Source of the DNA: Phoronis australis | Taxonomy: Eukaryota; Animalia; Phoronida | Assembly (NCBI GenBank): GCA_002633005.1 | Contig: NMRA01000812.1 | Span: 62,001 to 126,000, forward strand | Reading direction: 5' to 3' | Length of the DNA stretch: 64,000 nt | In this document: piece by piece, positions 40,301 through 53,038 of the stretch | Numbering within the stretch: position 1 is the stretch's first letter | How the letters are laid out: each line of letters opens with the position of its first letter | Translations under genes and position numbers: made by a program | The notes under the pieces: model-generated | Told to the model about the DNA's origin: nothing | Seen by the model: the letters and a program-made list of their open reading frames with translations, nothing else | The model's database searches: none

Positions 40301-41884
40301 TTGGCATGGGAGGGCTAGCTAAAACAGGGACTTTCTGTAATTTCATGTAAAATTCAAACACTGAATAAAATGAAAAGGATTACTTAGAAAACAGAATCGG
40401 CATTTCTCAGATTTCATCTTGAATAATTATATCAAAAGAAAATTGGTCATATTACCGACCGGCTGTTTTGTTATGAATGTATTCCTTTCTTCCAAAATGT
40501 TATTAAAAATATGGTCAAGGGACCCAATTAATGGCAGATTGATACATAAAGTCGATATATACACTGTATTACAGACTCTATGCTTTCATGAATTACAGTA
40601 GTGTAACAGAAAGTTAAAGTCCAAAGTTTGTAGATATTTGTCAGTCAGGTGCCACATAACCTTGTGTTGTGACATTAAATTTTGGATTACTCATGTTGTT
40701 TCATTACATGACTACTGATACTTCTGTCCTCTGATTGTCTGGAACACAGTTAGATAATTTTGACCCACCTCATTGTGGAATAACACTTTTCAGTTATGCC
40801 ACCAGGATGTCACGTAAATAGCAATGCGACCACAGTACCGTAAAAACCATAAACCCTGACAACAAAGCAAGCAGACAATGTCAGTACACCAAAGCAAAAA
40901 AGAAACATCAGTAGCCATTTAATAAAAGAAATATAGACAGATCTATAGGGCATATCAGGTTACATAGACCTGCCTTTGACCTCGGCAACATTGCTTTTCC
41001 TTGGTCCATATTACGCTCGGCTTGATCAGTATAATGCTTGGGGCACTTCCTACATCATTCACTGTTATACTGGTAGGACAAATATCAGAAATTCATTGGC
41101 TAGTAGCATTTAATGTTATTTATTGGCAAGCAGCTTCAGATGCTGTAACAGCAATGAAATGGGGTCCTCCAAACTTGGCTAAGCTGTTGACCTACACAGT
41201 GTACAGTAGCACGAATGGTTATCACATATTCTGTTTAAGCGATAAAGATGTTCACTAACATCTGCCGTCAATGAGACCAGTTGTGTGTCCCTGATTTAGG
41301 GCGACTCTTCGTCTTAACCAGGACTTTCTGGAACACAGGAAATCGATTAGAACCTGTTTAAAATAAATAGAATAGTTTCAACTTCTTTTATACAAACACA
41401 ATTATACTACATACAAGACTCTACAATCAAAAATACACATTACAGACAAAATTGTTTTCATGTTGACGTGCATAATACCTGTTACTAATACAAAGAGCTT
41501 TGAAAAGTGAACAAGGATCAAGATTTATTGTCAATACATGTAGGTGAATGTAGGATCTATAAGGAAATCAAGTAAATGGAAAATATATTATTTACCTGTT
41601 TCCACATGGCATTGTACGGTGCGGTGGCGGATCTAGGATATCACAAGGGGGGGCCAACACCTTGTCTGAAAACATTTGTGCAAAGCACGATTAGATGCGC
41701 ATAGCACCGAATGGGGGGAGGTCGGGAGGGGGGTCCGGCCCCTCCCGCCGCGGAAATTTATCTGTTTTTTCCTCTAAAAATCAACACTTTCCGTGATTCC
41801 TGAAGTATTATCCAAGAAAAAAAGGCAAAAAAAAAAAAAAAAAAAAAACGGAACGTGTCAAACATAAAAACGGCATTTATCACA

Positions 41885-41940
41885 CACTCGAACTCACGAC
41901 CTGGCGGACAGAGCGTGCGTGCTTTACCACTGCATCACCA
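41885..41940 (-). mobile_element. tRNA-derived (SINE-head-like) fragment
   Basis: Minus strand tggtgatgcagtggtaaagcacg...ggtcgtgagttcgagt has A-box-like and B-box-like motifs but no complete cloverleaf. Confidence 0.4.
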
Positions 41941-43079
41941 CGACTTCACTCCCAATTTGATAATAAGAGACCTACTTGTTTATGGTCCACAGCGTTTGTG
42001 CGCGAAACCTACTTCTATTTGTAATGCTTATTACACTTTTTATATTTGTGCAATCAGTTCGTAACAAATTTGTTGTATTTAAAATAGCCTTCAATTGCCC
42101 AAAAGACCAAATCCGTTTTTTGTGTTGGCATTAATGACGCGATTGCTTTGGAAATCGTCTTAAGTTAAGGTTTGGCAAAGAGAACATTATGAGTTTCTGA
42201 GTGATTCAGTAAGGCTTCGATTAAAATTGATATCTTACCAGCAGCTTCTGTTTTTTCATCGTCACTCAGATTCCATTTTTTTNNNNNNNNNNNNNNNNNN
42301 NNNNNNNNNNNNNNNNNNNNNNNNNNNNNNNNNNNNNNNNNNNNNNNNNNNNNNNNNNNNNNNNNNNNNNNNNNNNNNNNNNNNNNNNNNNNNNNNNNNN
42401 NNNNNNNNNNNNNNNNNNNNNNNNNNNNNNNNNNNNNNNNNNNNNNNNNNNNNNNNNNNNNNNNNNNNNNNNNNNNNNNNNNNNNNNNNNNNNNNNNNNN
42501 NNNNNNNNNNNNNNNNNNNNNNNNNNNNNNNNNNNNNNNNNNNNNNNNNNNNNNNNNNNNNNNNNNNNNNNNNNNNNNNNNNNNNNNNNNNNNNNNNNNN
42601 NNNNNNNNNNNNNNNNNNNNNNNNNNNNNNNNNNNNNNNNNNNNNNNNNNNNNNNNNNNNNNNNNNNNNNNNNNNNNNNNNNNNNNNNNNNNNNNNNNNN
42701 NNNNNNNNNNNNNNNNNNNNNNNNNNNNNNNNNNNNNNNNNNNNNNNNNNNNNNNNNNNNNNNNNNNNNNNNNNNNNNNNNNNNNNNNNNNNNNNNNNNN
42801 NNNNNNNNNNNNNNNNNNNNNNNNNNNNNNNNNNNNNNNNNNNNNGGGTCGATACGCGGAGCAATATCTTGTGGGATATTACTTCATGTACGCCAATCTC
42901 GGTACGTTTTGTGTATGTAGACACACGGCAGTCCCATCCCACGCTCCTTATCAATGTGGCTATGCTCGTTTTTTATAAAAACGGGAACCATCTCACCCGT
43001 CCTTCCAAAGGTTGGCACGTAACAAACGGTAAAAGTGATGTAGATGGGATGACAACATGTGTGTGGAGAAGTGTTTTAA

Positions 43080-44020
43080 AGTGTACACAACATGACTCTA
43101 GTACCCCAAAATAAATTTTATTATTATATCTTACTTGATTTCAGTGCCTTTAGTGCACAGCTCATAAAGAAACACGCAAAAATTGAAAAAAATAATAATT
43201 ATGTACAACGTTATGGGTTGAACCCAAGTCGTTCGCCATACCGTTCGGATCAGAGACAAAGTGTATAGAGTGAAGAGAATGCAAAGTACATTTAGCGTCG
43301 AGAAGGTTCGTAGAGGGATCAAAAGATGTATTTCCGGAGGCTGCAGCAACAGCAGCCAGGCGGAAAACGTCTCGGTGTTCCGAAGGACACCAAAGTTGCG
43401 CAGAAGTGACATGACTTCGTGCGCCGAACGAGAGTGTGGGACGTCATCGTGGACCAAGCGATTCGGTCCGGGGCCACTCTGTGTTCTGCCCACTTTGAGG
43501 ACTCGTGTTTCGACTCCAGTCACAGGAGACGATGAAGGCCTGGTTCAATAAAGGACAATGTTTATCATTCAGAAACATCAGCTCTAAATTCAGGATCGTC
43601 TGTTGGATGACTGGGTTGACTCGCCGAGACCGAGGCCGCTTCTCTCACGGGAGGATCCAGTTCATAAGGCTCAAAGTAGAAAAGTACGCAGCCGGAAGCA
43701 CATTAAACTTGTTGTCGCTTTCGTGTAACCCCATTTCCTCATCCTAGCCACCATTCTCATTCGTTTCTTCATAGTATTCGTTGAATTCTTGCTCATAATC
43801 GTCGTCACTTTCAAATTCCCTGATCAAAGTCACTGATCTCTTGTGTTCAACCCATGACGTCACATGGCGGGAAATGTGAAAATTGGCAAAATTGAAAGAA
43901 AAATCAAAATTTTGAGCTAATTACACAAAATAAACATGGGTTTAGCTAAATTTTACGTCATACATTTAGTCTGTGGCCACCGGTAATTCAAAATGTGCAA
44001 AAATCCATGGTGTGTACTGT
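43080..44020. mobile_element. Non-autonomous Kolobok-like DNA transposon with THAP relic
   Basis: TTAA on both sides (43076-43079, 44021-44024). Imperfect TIRs agtgtacacaacatg and acagtacacaccatg (reverse complement of the right end). Frameshifted THAP relic CISGGCSN...PKD...LCSAHFEDSCF at 43327-43511 (+). Confidence 0.72.
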
Positions 44021-45172
44021 TTAACATTGCCGGTGACCTGTGAGGTCTACTGTCGTGTCGAAACGCCATACTGCGATACTGGAGAATGCGTTAACGGGAA
44101 GACGACTTATTCAATATTGAGGTGTGTGATGCATGACGGGAACTTAACGGACGAAGAACGGGGCTGGTTTGAGGCTAGGTAACAATAAGGGCTAGCCATG
44201 AGCTAAGGAACACTTTCGTTGAATAAGAAGAGCTTGCTGGTTGGAACTCCTAAATGTAAGGCTGAGGGAGTGCGGACAGAGGAGTGGGAGCAATAGTTAG
44301 TCGCGTTTAAAACTGCGTTTCCTCGGCTTTAGCTGTCAAAATTGCGAATTCGCGACGGCGCATGTGCACATTGCTTGCGAGTTTCCAGCGCAGTTGGTAA
44401 CAACTCAGTGTCGGAGAAGTGTGTCCCCAAAGCACTTGGCTTAAGAGCTAAACAGCGGCTAAATAAGCAATTAAACTGTTTAAACAACGACGTTATGCAT
44501 TGAGATTTCTTGAATAAATCCGCCACTCAGGTTGGTTTTAACATATTTATAGCTGCATCACGTCCTGATAAGTTTAATGAGGCAAGTCCTAAAATTATGA
44601 AATCGAAAGTGGGTCACAATTTAATGGAATAGGCAAGACCTAAAATTACCACATCGTAAGTGACTCGCGTCCCCATTGCCTTTGACATAAGTTGCCGGCG
44701 TATTCGGCAACAATTCAAAACAGGAGTATGATTGTAACATTTTCAAACAAAATGCGAACTGGTTAAGAATGATTTAATATTGACAGACAAACAAGCGCAA
44801 AATACACCTTTAAAGAAATGTATGTTGAGAGGTTTGTCGGAGACTGAGGGGCTGAGACTTTTCGCTCTGGGCTGCATTGCATTGCAATTTAAACTTTGCT
44901 CACTAGATAAGTTGCCCTAAAGAGAGGTCTAGGACAACACCACTCTTCAGTCTGATATGTGATAAGGGAGTGTGGTGGTTATTACCCACAAGTGACTTTT
45001 AACGAGGTCACTCGTTCTTGTTACCTGTCAGTGATGTTGAGAGGTCATTAGACACTGCCTGCCATAACGCAAATGCATCGGGAATTTTTCAGCAAGATCC
45101 AGGGCCTATTTTGGGAAAGTGGCACTTGGGGGAACCTATGAACGGACAATGAACCATGGTAATTTTTAACTG

Positions 45173-45178
45173 TTTATT
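45173..45178 (-). terminator. Candidate HDAC6 polyadenylation signal AATAAA
   Basis: tttatt on the + strand about 950 nt past the stop; not verified. Confidence 0.35.
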
Positions 45179-46131
45179 TCTTCTGACCAAGGATATGCAA
45201 GACAATACCGTGCATGTCCACAAACAGTACATACACCTAAGTATTACATTACTGACAGCTGCCTGGTACAAAGTAGTTGTAAGGATTACAAACGAGCGTC
45301 TGAAACAACCACCTTATTGTAAATTAACAAAAATATAAACCACAAGATCTTAAAAAACATGTTTAGATACATACACACAAAGAGCCAAACGATTCTGTTA
45401 AAATTTACGAGCTCTGAGCGGATTCATTGTCTACGCTTGACTTCCTGACTTATGGAGTTCACTTTGTCAGTTTCACCATTAACACTCCTGGAGTTTAGCC
45501 ACGTGGACTCTGAATGTCCATCAAAGTTAGCACTTATGGTTTAGTAAAGCACATTTTGGTTGAGAAATCAGAAACCTACCATAATAAATGCTCTCTACTT
45601 CTACTAAAGCCTAATTCTGTCTGAAACATGCAGATAACATTCTCTTTGACACTGCAAACCCTGAATAATGTCAATGTGTTTTCAAAAGTGGGTCCAGGTG
45701 CTTACACTTGGGAAATTCCCGAAGACATAATGATGTAGCTGTCCTTGCAGTGCAGACTTCCTGGTGTAGAATGTCTGATCTATGCGCCCTCTACTGCCAT
45801 CCACAGAACCCATTTATATGTAATAGCAAGCCCTATCACTGTGCACTATTTGCTGCAACTGACAGTTGAATCATAACCAAAGACACTGACTGGTGCTGAC
45901 GTTGAGCATCCATCACTGCAACTCAACATTTTTTGGTACACACAAACCCATTTTGGTGGATGTGAATTCAAAGCAGGCATGAAGTTTGATCAGCCATCTG
46001 CACCATTTATATGAATTCATAGAAATGGTTGATACGAATTCCCATAAAGAATGAACAAAATACGATCAACCAAAGAAGCCTGAAGTGTGGTTCAAAATGA
46101 TGATCCTTATAACTAGCGCCTATTTCTACCA

Positions 46132-46194
46132 TCAATGAGGTATCTGTTCCCCAAACTTGCTTCTGTGGGCGGCATCTTTGGCTTCAAACAGAAT
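46132..46194 (-). CDS. HDAC6: HDAC6 last coding exon [20 protein letters not shown]-stop
   Basis: ttgtag acceptor; AHxxKFGE motif typical of the HDAC6 C-terminus. Confidence 0.92.
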   Translation of the reverse strand: MLFEAKDAAHRSKFGEQIPH

Positions 46195-49100
46195 CTACAA
46201 GACAAAGTGATGTGAAATCAATATAAGACAATTTTAAGACAACCGCTTTATAAAAAGATCAGCTGTGTGCTCAACATGTGAAACATTAACTGTTATGAAA
46301 TCCATCCACGTCATTGTGCATTTTGCAGACTGAGGTATTTTGATGATTAAGAAAACAAATCTAGTAAGGGCTCGCCACTATATTCATAGGTAATGGCCTG
46401 ATGTAAGGTACCCTAATTTTGAGAACCAGTTTTCTCCACTGAATAACAGGCATCATACTGGTTCTCTATTTCCGGATCCTCCAACACAATTATCAATAAT
46501 TATTAAATTAGGTCATCCAGATTCCAACAATTACAGCTCAACAGCTCCAGTTCGATCTCTTCAACTCAAGTGAAAAGAATCATGAGAATGGCGCACTCTA
46601 TGATCAAACAACTGACTTACTGGGTGGTGGACATATGAGTCGCATGCGTAACACCACACTGACAGGTCGGCGTAACTCAGCACCACCCTATGGCCAGTCT
46701 CCAAGCCATGCATCAACATGTGCTCATTAATATATCGACCACAGTACACCTGAAACAGAGTGCATAGAATGACAACTGGTGCAAACTTCACAGATATCCC
46801 ATAACCCCCCATGAGGCAAGACACTAATGAAACTGAAAAGTACACACATGCTACCTTGCCTGTCACATTACAACTATTTTGAAATCTCTGATTTGCACCT
46901 AGTTTTAAAAACTAGCTGTACAAAAGCCATTTTACTGATAAATGCTCCCATTAATCCAAGCTAGCCAATCACTTTGTTATTACCTCGTAACACTGTAAAC
47001 AGACCCAGTTCTCTGTAGTTCCACCACACTCCCTACAGGGGGCAGCACAGTCCAGTACTCCACCAGGAACCTCCTGGACCAGCTCAAGATGCGGGCACCA
47101 AGGCAACGGGACTACAGCAAACATCTGGTCCGGTGGATTCTGCAGTTAGAAGATGAAGTAACTATGTGCTCCAACATCTTCAGTGTGACCCAAAAGAAAA
47201 CAAAACTCACAAAATGTTGCATAAAATTCTAAATTCTAAATGTTTTTTTTTGGAAACAAAAATGGCAAAACTGCGGAAAGATGAACCATAAACAAAAGTT
47301 TCAATTAAAAATTAAATTTTCATGGGTTTGTTTTTTGTGGTCACTCTGTTTACTTGATCTCGAAATTTAGAAAGGTCATCCCAGTCAGTGTCAAAAAAAA
47401 AAACAACACTTCATCAGTATATATTCCCAAACAAAAGTTTTCACTGAACATTTGTATCCAATGCCCCCCACCGACTTACATTTCCCAACCCTAAGTACTC
47501 CAATACCGTTGTTTGATCTCCAGGGTTGCTTGATCCTCCGCAAGCTCCAACGAGCTGTTGGTTGTCACCCTGTGGACAACAACAACAAACTACAGCGAAA
47601 CAAAGGCAACACCATCCCAACAACAACTTATAACAAGTACAATGCAGTTGGGACTGTCAGTTTGCTACTAGCTCTGCTTGCGATCCTAACTTCCCATTCA
47701 GATGTGGAAAGAGTGAACCCAAAAGATGGGCTAACTACAAATAAACTGTTGGATTAAGCTTATTCCGAAAGCACCAAAAATTTCTTTGCATCAGAATGTT
47801 TATCTGAAGCATTTTAACAATCTGTTCTTGTCTATGTTAATCCCTATAAATGACTAAATATCCAGTACCATATTCGCCCTAAGAAGCATCCAGGGCACTT
47901 AGAAAAATTCATTTCAGGAGGGGGGCGCCTATTATTAGCCTAAGGTGGTTGAAAGCTGGTCTCCGAAATGGGTGAAATCTTAAGCTGGGATTCATCAAAT
48001 TTACGCTCCGTGACGTACCTGTAACCTATGACAGACTTTCTGCAAATTTGTGATGCAATGCTATCAAACTTCGTTGTTAAATTATGAACATTTTTCAGAA
48101 AATTATGCTGATCTCCCAGATCTTATTGATAAATTGAATACGTTACTGTAGAATTTTTAGAATTATAGGTAAGGCATTTTTCGCATGTACACATTCTTGG
48201 ACTGGGCGCTTATTTTAGCAAAGTCTGAAAACACGTGGGGTCGTGCTTATAAGGGCATGGGCGCTTATTAGGGTGAATACGGTATATTGTTTTTTGATTA
48301 AGACCATTGAATTAATCAATAGCTCAACACTTTACTCAAAATCTCATCACAACTTGACAACAGAACATGCAGACGGTGCACCTGTTCAGTCTCCTGTGAA
48401 CTCCCTGGCTCATGGTTGCCATAGTTACTACTATTCTGGTCAGCATGATCATCCACGGAAGGGTCAGAAATAACTACAAAGGGCAAAAATAAAAGAATCA
48501 TAAATGACCAATCAGTGTCTACAAGCATTCCCCGTTAAATGATCAGTTCTCAAAAGTCCGGTTTAACAGTCGGCACTTACCACATCAACAGTGTCCTGCT
48601 ATACACCTTATTCATGCAATTGCCATTTTAAAAGTGAGCTTCTTTAGGTTTTAAAAACAATATAAGCTGCATTTAGACACAACGCAAAGCGTGATTTTTC
48701 CGCATACTTTGTTACATTTGTCCCAAAAACATTGTTTTTTAAACCTGATAAAAGGCTCTCTACTGAAATGGTGACTGCGTGAATAAGGCCTATTGCAGAA
48801 CATGAATTTGCGAGAGGTTTGTAAGGCGAAAAACTAACAGGACGCTAGTTTTCCGCCAGCAAGGCTACAAACCATATGTGAAGTTAATATGTAATGGAAT
48901 TCAATTTGGAATTGTGTCCCTCTTCTCTTACACAGTTAGGCAACTTGCAATTGGTCGATTACATACAAGACATTTCGAATTGACCAATCTACACATACCT
49001 AATGTACTTTCAACCAGCTGACTTATCTTGTCAATATTGTCAGTGCTACTCCCCCCAGGTGTCGCTGCAATGTTGTCAACAACCTCAGATACATTGTTAC

Positions 49101-52100
49101 TTGAAGAACTTTTGTCAACAGCTGTCGCTGCTGAGACTATAGCATCGACCACAGCTCCAACATCGGAGACGGCCTGTGCGTGGAGATCTGTGTCACTAAG
49201 AGGCTCTACTTCAGTGACATCTGTTGCTGATGGCTCCACCATAACAATTGGTGGAAGTTTTACTAAAAAATACAAATTAAAAGTTAATATGTTTTTAAGA
49301 CATACAGACAATGTTATATATACAGCAATTATTGCATATTGCATGCAGGCATTGTTCTCAACAAAATTTTCAATTAATTTTAAAAGCAAAACAAAAAAAT
49401 CTGGCAAATCTTCCTGTGACCACCACTTTTTCAAAAAAAAGACAAAAACTTTACTCAGACTGCGTGAAGAATCATTCAAGCCTTTAGAGCTAGCAGCACT
49501 AGTACTCGAAGACACGCACCCCTGAACTGAAGACATTTCCAATATTGTCGTTGAGTGTCCAACACATTGCCAATGGAAATACAAGCACTGAAATGACAAA
49601 GGTAAGACAATCATTACAGTGACTCATTGACTTAACATTGTGAAATGGAAATATGTGAAGTACTTTAAGAGGCCCTATCATGATGACTAGAACTCCATGA
49701 ACGAACTTACATCTCAAAAGCACAATCCTGCAAATGTACGTTAGTGAATGTACAAAAGGACATGAATGAGAGCCTGGATGTAATGTGACAGCAATTTCTG
49801 AGGCTGTGCTCATATTTATTCAGGAAAAAAATTCAATCCAAAGCCCCCAAAATAATGCACGGAAAATGTGATAAGCTGAGAAAAAAATTCAGCGCTTGGT
49901 TTTTCAGAGTTTCTACACCTCATGATTGAATGAAAAATAAATAAATTCTAATTAATCTAACTGGACATCAAACATTTTGTGACACTGTCAACTATTTGCA
50001 GCATACCATGAAGATGGTCAGACGGCACAACCAACTTATTTTATGTTTCTCTAGATTTCTCAAAAACATTTTTGAGAATAGAGTACCGAAAGGTTCTTGC
50101 ACACAACGTATCTGAACAAAATAGAATATGCAACACTATCATGTTCATGTTGTCAATGAGAAATATTTCATTAGAGCACACAGCGTTGCATTTACTAGAT
50201 ATAAAACCAAATGTCAATCAAAGACAAACTCTGCACCCTGTTTACCTTAAGCACGGTGGCTGAAGATTGTCCAGGGGAGGACATGGGTCCCCCAGGAGGC
50301 TTGATGTGCAGGCAACAAACGACTGTGATATCGAGTAGAGGTTGTAGCCACCCTCCAGGGCCAGGATCACACGTCCGTTGGCCAGGCTCATTAACATATG
50401 AGTCATGTGGGCGTAGGCTTCAGGACTCACTCTATAACCACCCTGCGGTAATTAAGCAAAGATGTGATTTGAAGACACCACTGAAGTAATACAAATGAAG
50501 AAAGGATGTGATTCTATAATTACCCCGCAGCAAACAATAAAGAAAGAGACTTGATAGCAACTCTGTTGTGACCAAGAAATTATGAGATTTTACGAAAATC
50601 CCTTAACAATTTTTTGAGAGAAATTACATCAGTCAGTTAACACAAAAATTAGACTACTTATTATTTTCACTAGCAAACTATTCACTTGTTTGCGAGTCGA
50701 GTGAATGTAAACACTTAAGATGACACTGACAGTGAAAGTCTATCTTACGCAGGGTTGTAATGCAACCGACAACCTGGAAGTAATTGACTAAAAAGCTTAT
50801 GTCCTCCTATTGGCCAAGATTGACTCAGTCGATCGTACCTCACAGTGATGTCAGATGAGTGGAAACATTTGGAGGAACATACGTAGCATGTCAACAAAAC
50901 AAACGTTTTCTTGAAATATTCCAATAATTGGATAAATATTAATAACAAATACCTATACCAACCGCATTAAGAAGAAAATATTTCAACACACCCAAAAATA
51001 GGTTGGCTTCTTGTGACGCGACCTATTTCCCACGCATTTGGAAATTTGATACAATTATAATCACTAAAATGCAGCCCTAGCACTACTAAACAATAAAATC
51101 TTAACATTTGTACATCAGAGAATAAACATTGATGACAGCACAACTACAAGTTAAATGTGAATGACGTAATGGAAACAGTAGTGATTACCAGCACGTTCCA
51201 CGGGTGGTGTTCATGATGGTGATGGTGGTGATGGTGCAACGTGGNGCATGATACTGTGTGATTTATGTTGAATTATTCAACGGTTCTTTTAAGAACCATT
51301 TCACGCCATAGCTACAACCAACGGCCCTTTTAAGGGCCACTCAACACTTTCCAGAAGAACTGCTCACTTGAGAATGTATAAACATGCTTTCGTAGTTTTC
51401 TCAGTAGGCCTATGTGAACCATAAATCAAAAATTGTGCGATAGCTATGCTGCTATTGGGCAAGCAGACGACATAATCAGTTGGCACCGAAGTTTGAATTT
51501 TGTAATTAATTACCAGTAGCATTGCCAAAAGTACTCATAATACCAACACTTCTACTATTGAAAGACTTTGAAAAGCATTTCAATGCCGAAATTAATATTT
51601 TTTTCGTTGTTTTGGACAGTAAAGTAGATGCAAGTATTTGTCGTCAAAAAACACTAACCGGAAACTGCACGAGAAAGGTCAGGAGAGTTCAGCTCAGCAG
51701 GTAAGGATATGCCGGAGTTGCGAATCTGTTGTCTATAATCTATGGTTCCACGGGTGGTGTTCATGATGGTGATGGTGGTGATGGTTCAGAGGCAACGTGG
51801 TGAAGATGAAAATCAACAATGGTAAGGATGATGATGTTGATGATGGAGGCGATGATGACTACATTGGTGGTCATGACAGTGGTTATGGTAATGGTGGTTA
51901 TTGTGGTGGTGGTGCTGATAATGGTATTGTGGTGATTGTGCTGGTGCTGATAATGGTGGTTGTGGTGATGATTGTGGTGCTGATAATGGTGGTTGTGGGG
52001 ATGGTTGTGGGGATGTTTGTGGGGATGATGATGGTGATGATGACTAAGCAGAAAAAACGTACCAGTGGATCACCGCGAGCTGCATCAAATCCTGCTGACA

Positions 52101-52965
52101 CCAGAACCAGTTCAGGAGCAAACTGTAACAGAAATTACTCAAAGATTCACAATAAGACATCAAGCTTCACCCAGGGGTAAAGACCATGGCTTAAATAGGC
52201 ATAATTTATGTTTAAGCAGGAAGCAATAAATGAATAGCAGAGAGTATGCCCCAATCCACACAAGTTCCTGTCATTAACAATAGCCTAGGTACTCAATAAC
52301 CAGAGCAAACAGGTGATAGAAAAACAAGACCATGTGATTACCTCGTATGCAACAGGCATGATGATCTGTTGGAAGGCAGCAATGTATTTATTGTCTCCCA
52401 TGGCTACCTGAAGTACACACAGCTCAACTCAATGTATGGTACCAAGTAAATCATACACGTTCACATGTGGCCTCGACTGCTACGTAGGGTGGTACTGGGA
52501 CTTGGCTTTTGATTACACAGTGCACCATCCTTAAAGTAGACTGACTTAACTAAAATCAAGAGCTTATCTGTCTAACTCATGCAGCCACATAAAATAATTA
52601 AAATAATTTTACAAGTATGCAAAAAAAGGTTAGGTTTGGAAAATACAGGTCAAAAGTTTACCCAACGGAAAAGCAAAGTCAGCGCCCACTATGAACAAGG
52701 CATTTCCAGGGATGCAGATACTGCTATGCTGTACTCAGAGTACACATGTCACGTGTAATCAATATTGCCCCTGGATGACAAAAACTGGTCTCCTTACGCC
52801 ATTCCAAGGAATGTTGATGTTGAAGCCGCGACCTTCACCTTTGCCAACTTTGTCGTAGTTTGCTTCTGTTGATCTAGGGAAAAATGCTGCGTTGTCGTAG
52901 CGATGCAGAGAGATGTACAGGACACTGGAAATAGAATGGCATGCACAATCATGCTTACATTGGGT

Positions 52966-53038
<73 letters not shown>

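Noticed and set aside
49028-49525. 165-aa plus-strand ORF
   Set aside because: Antisense shadow of the HDAC6 linker exon.
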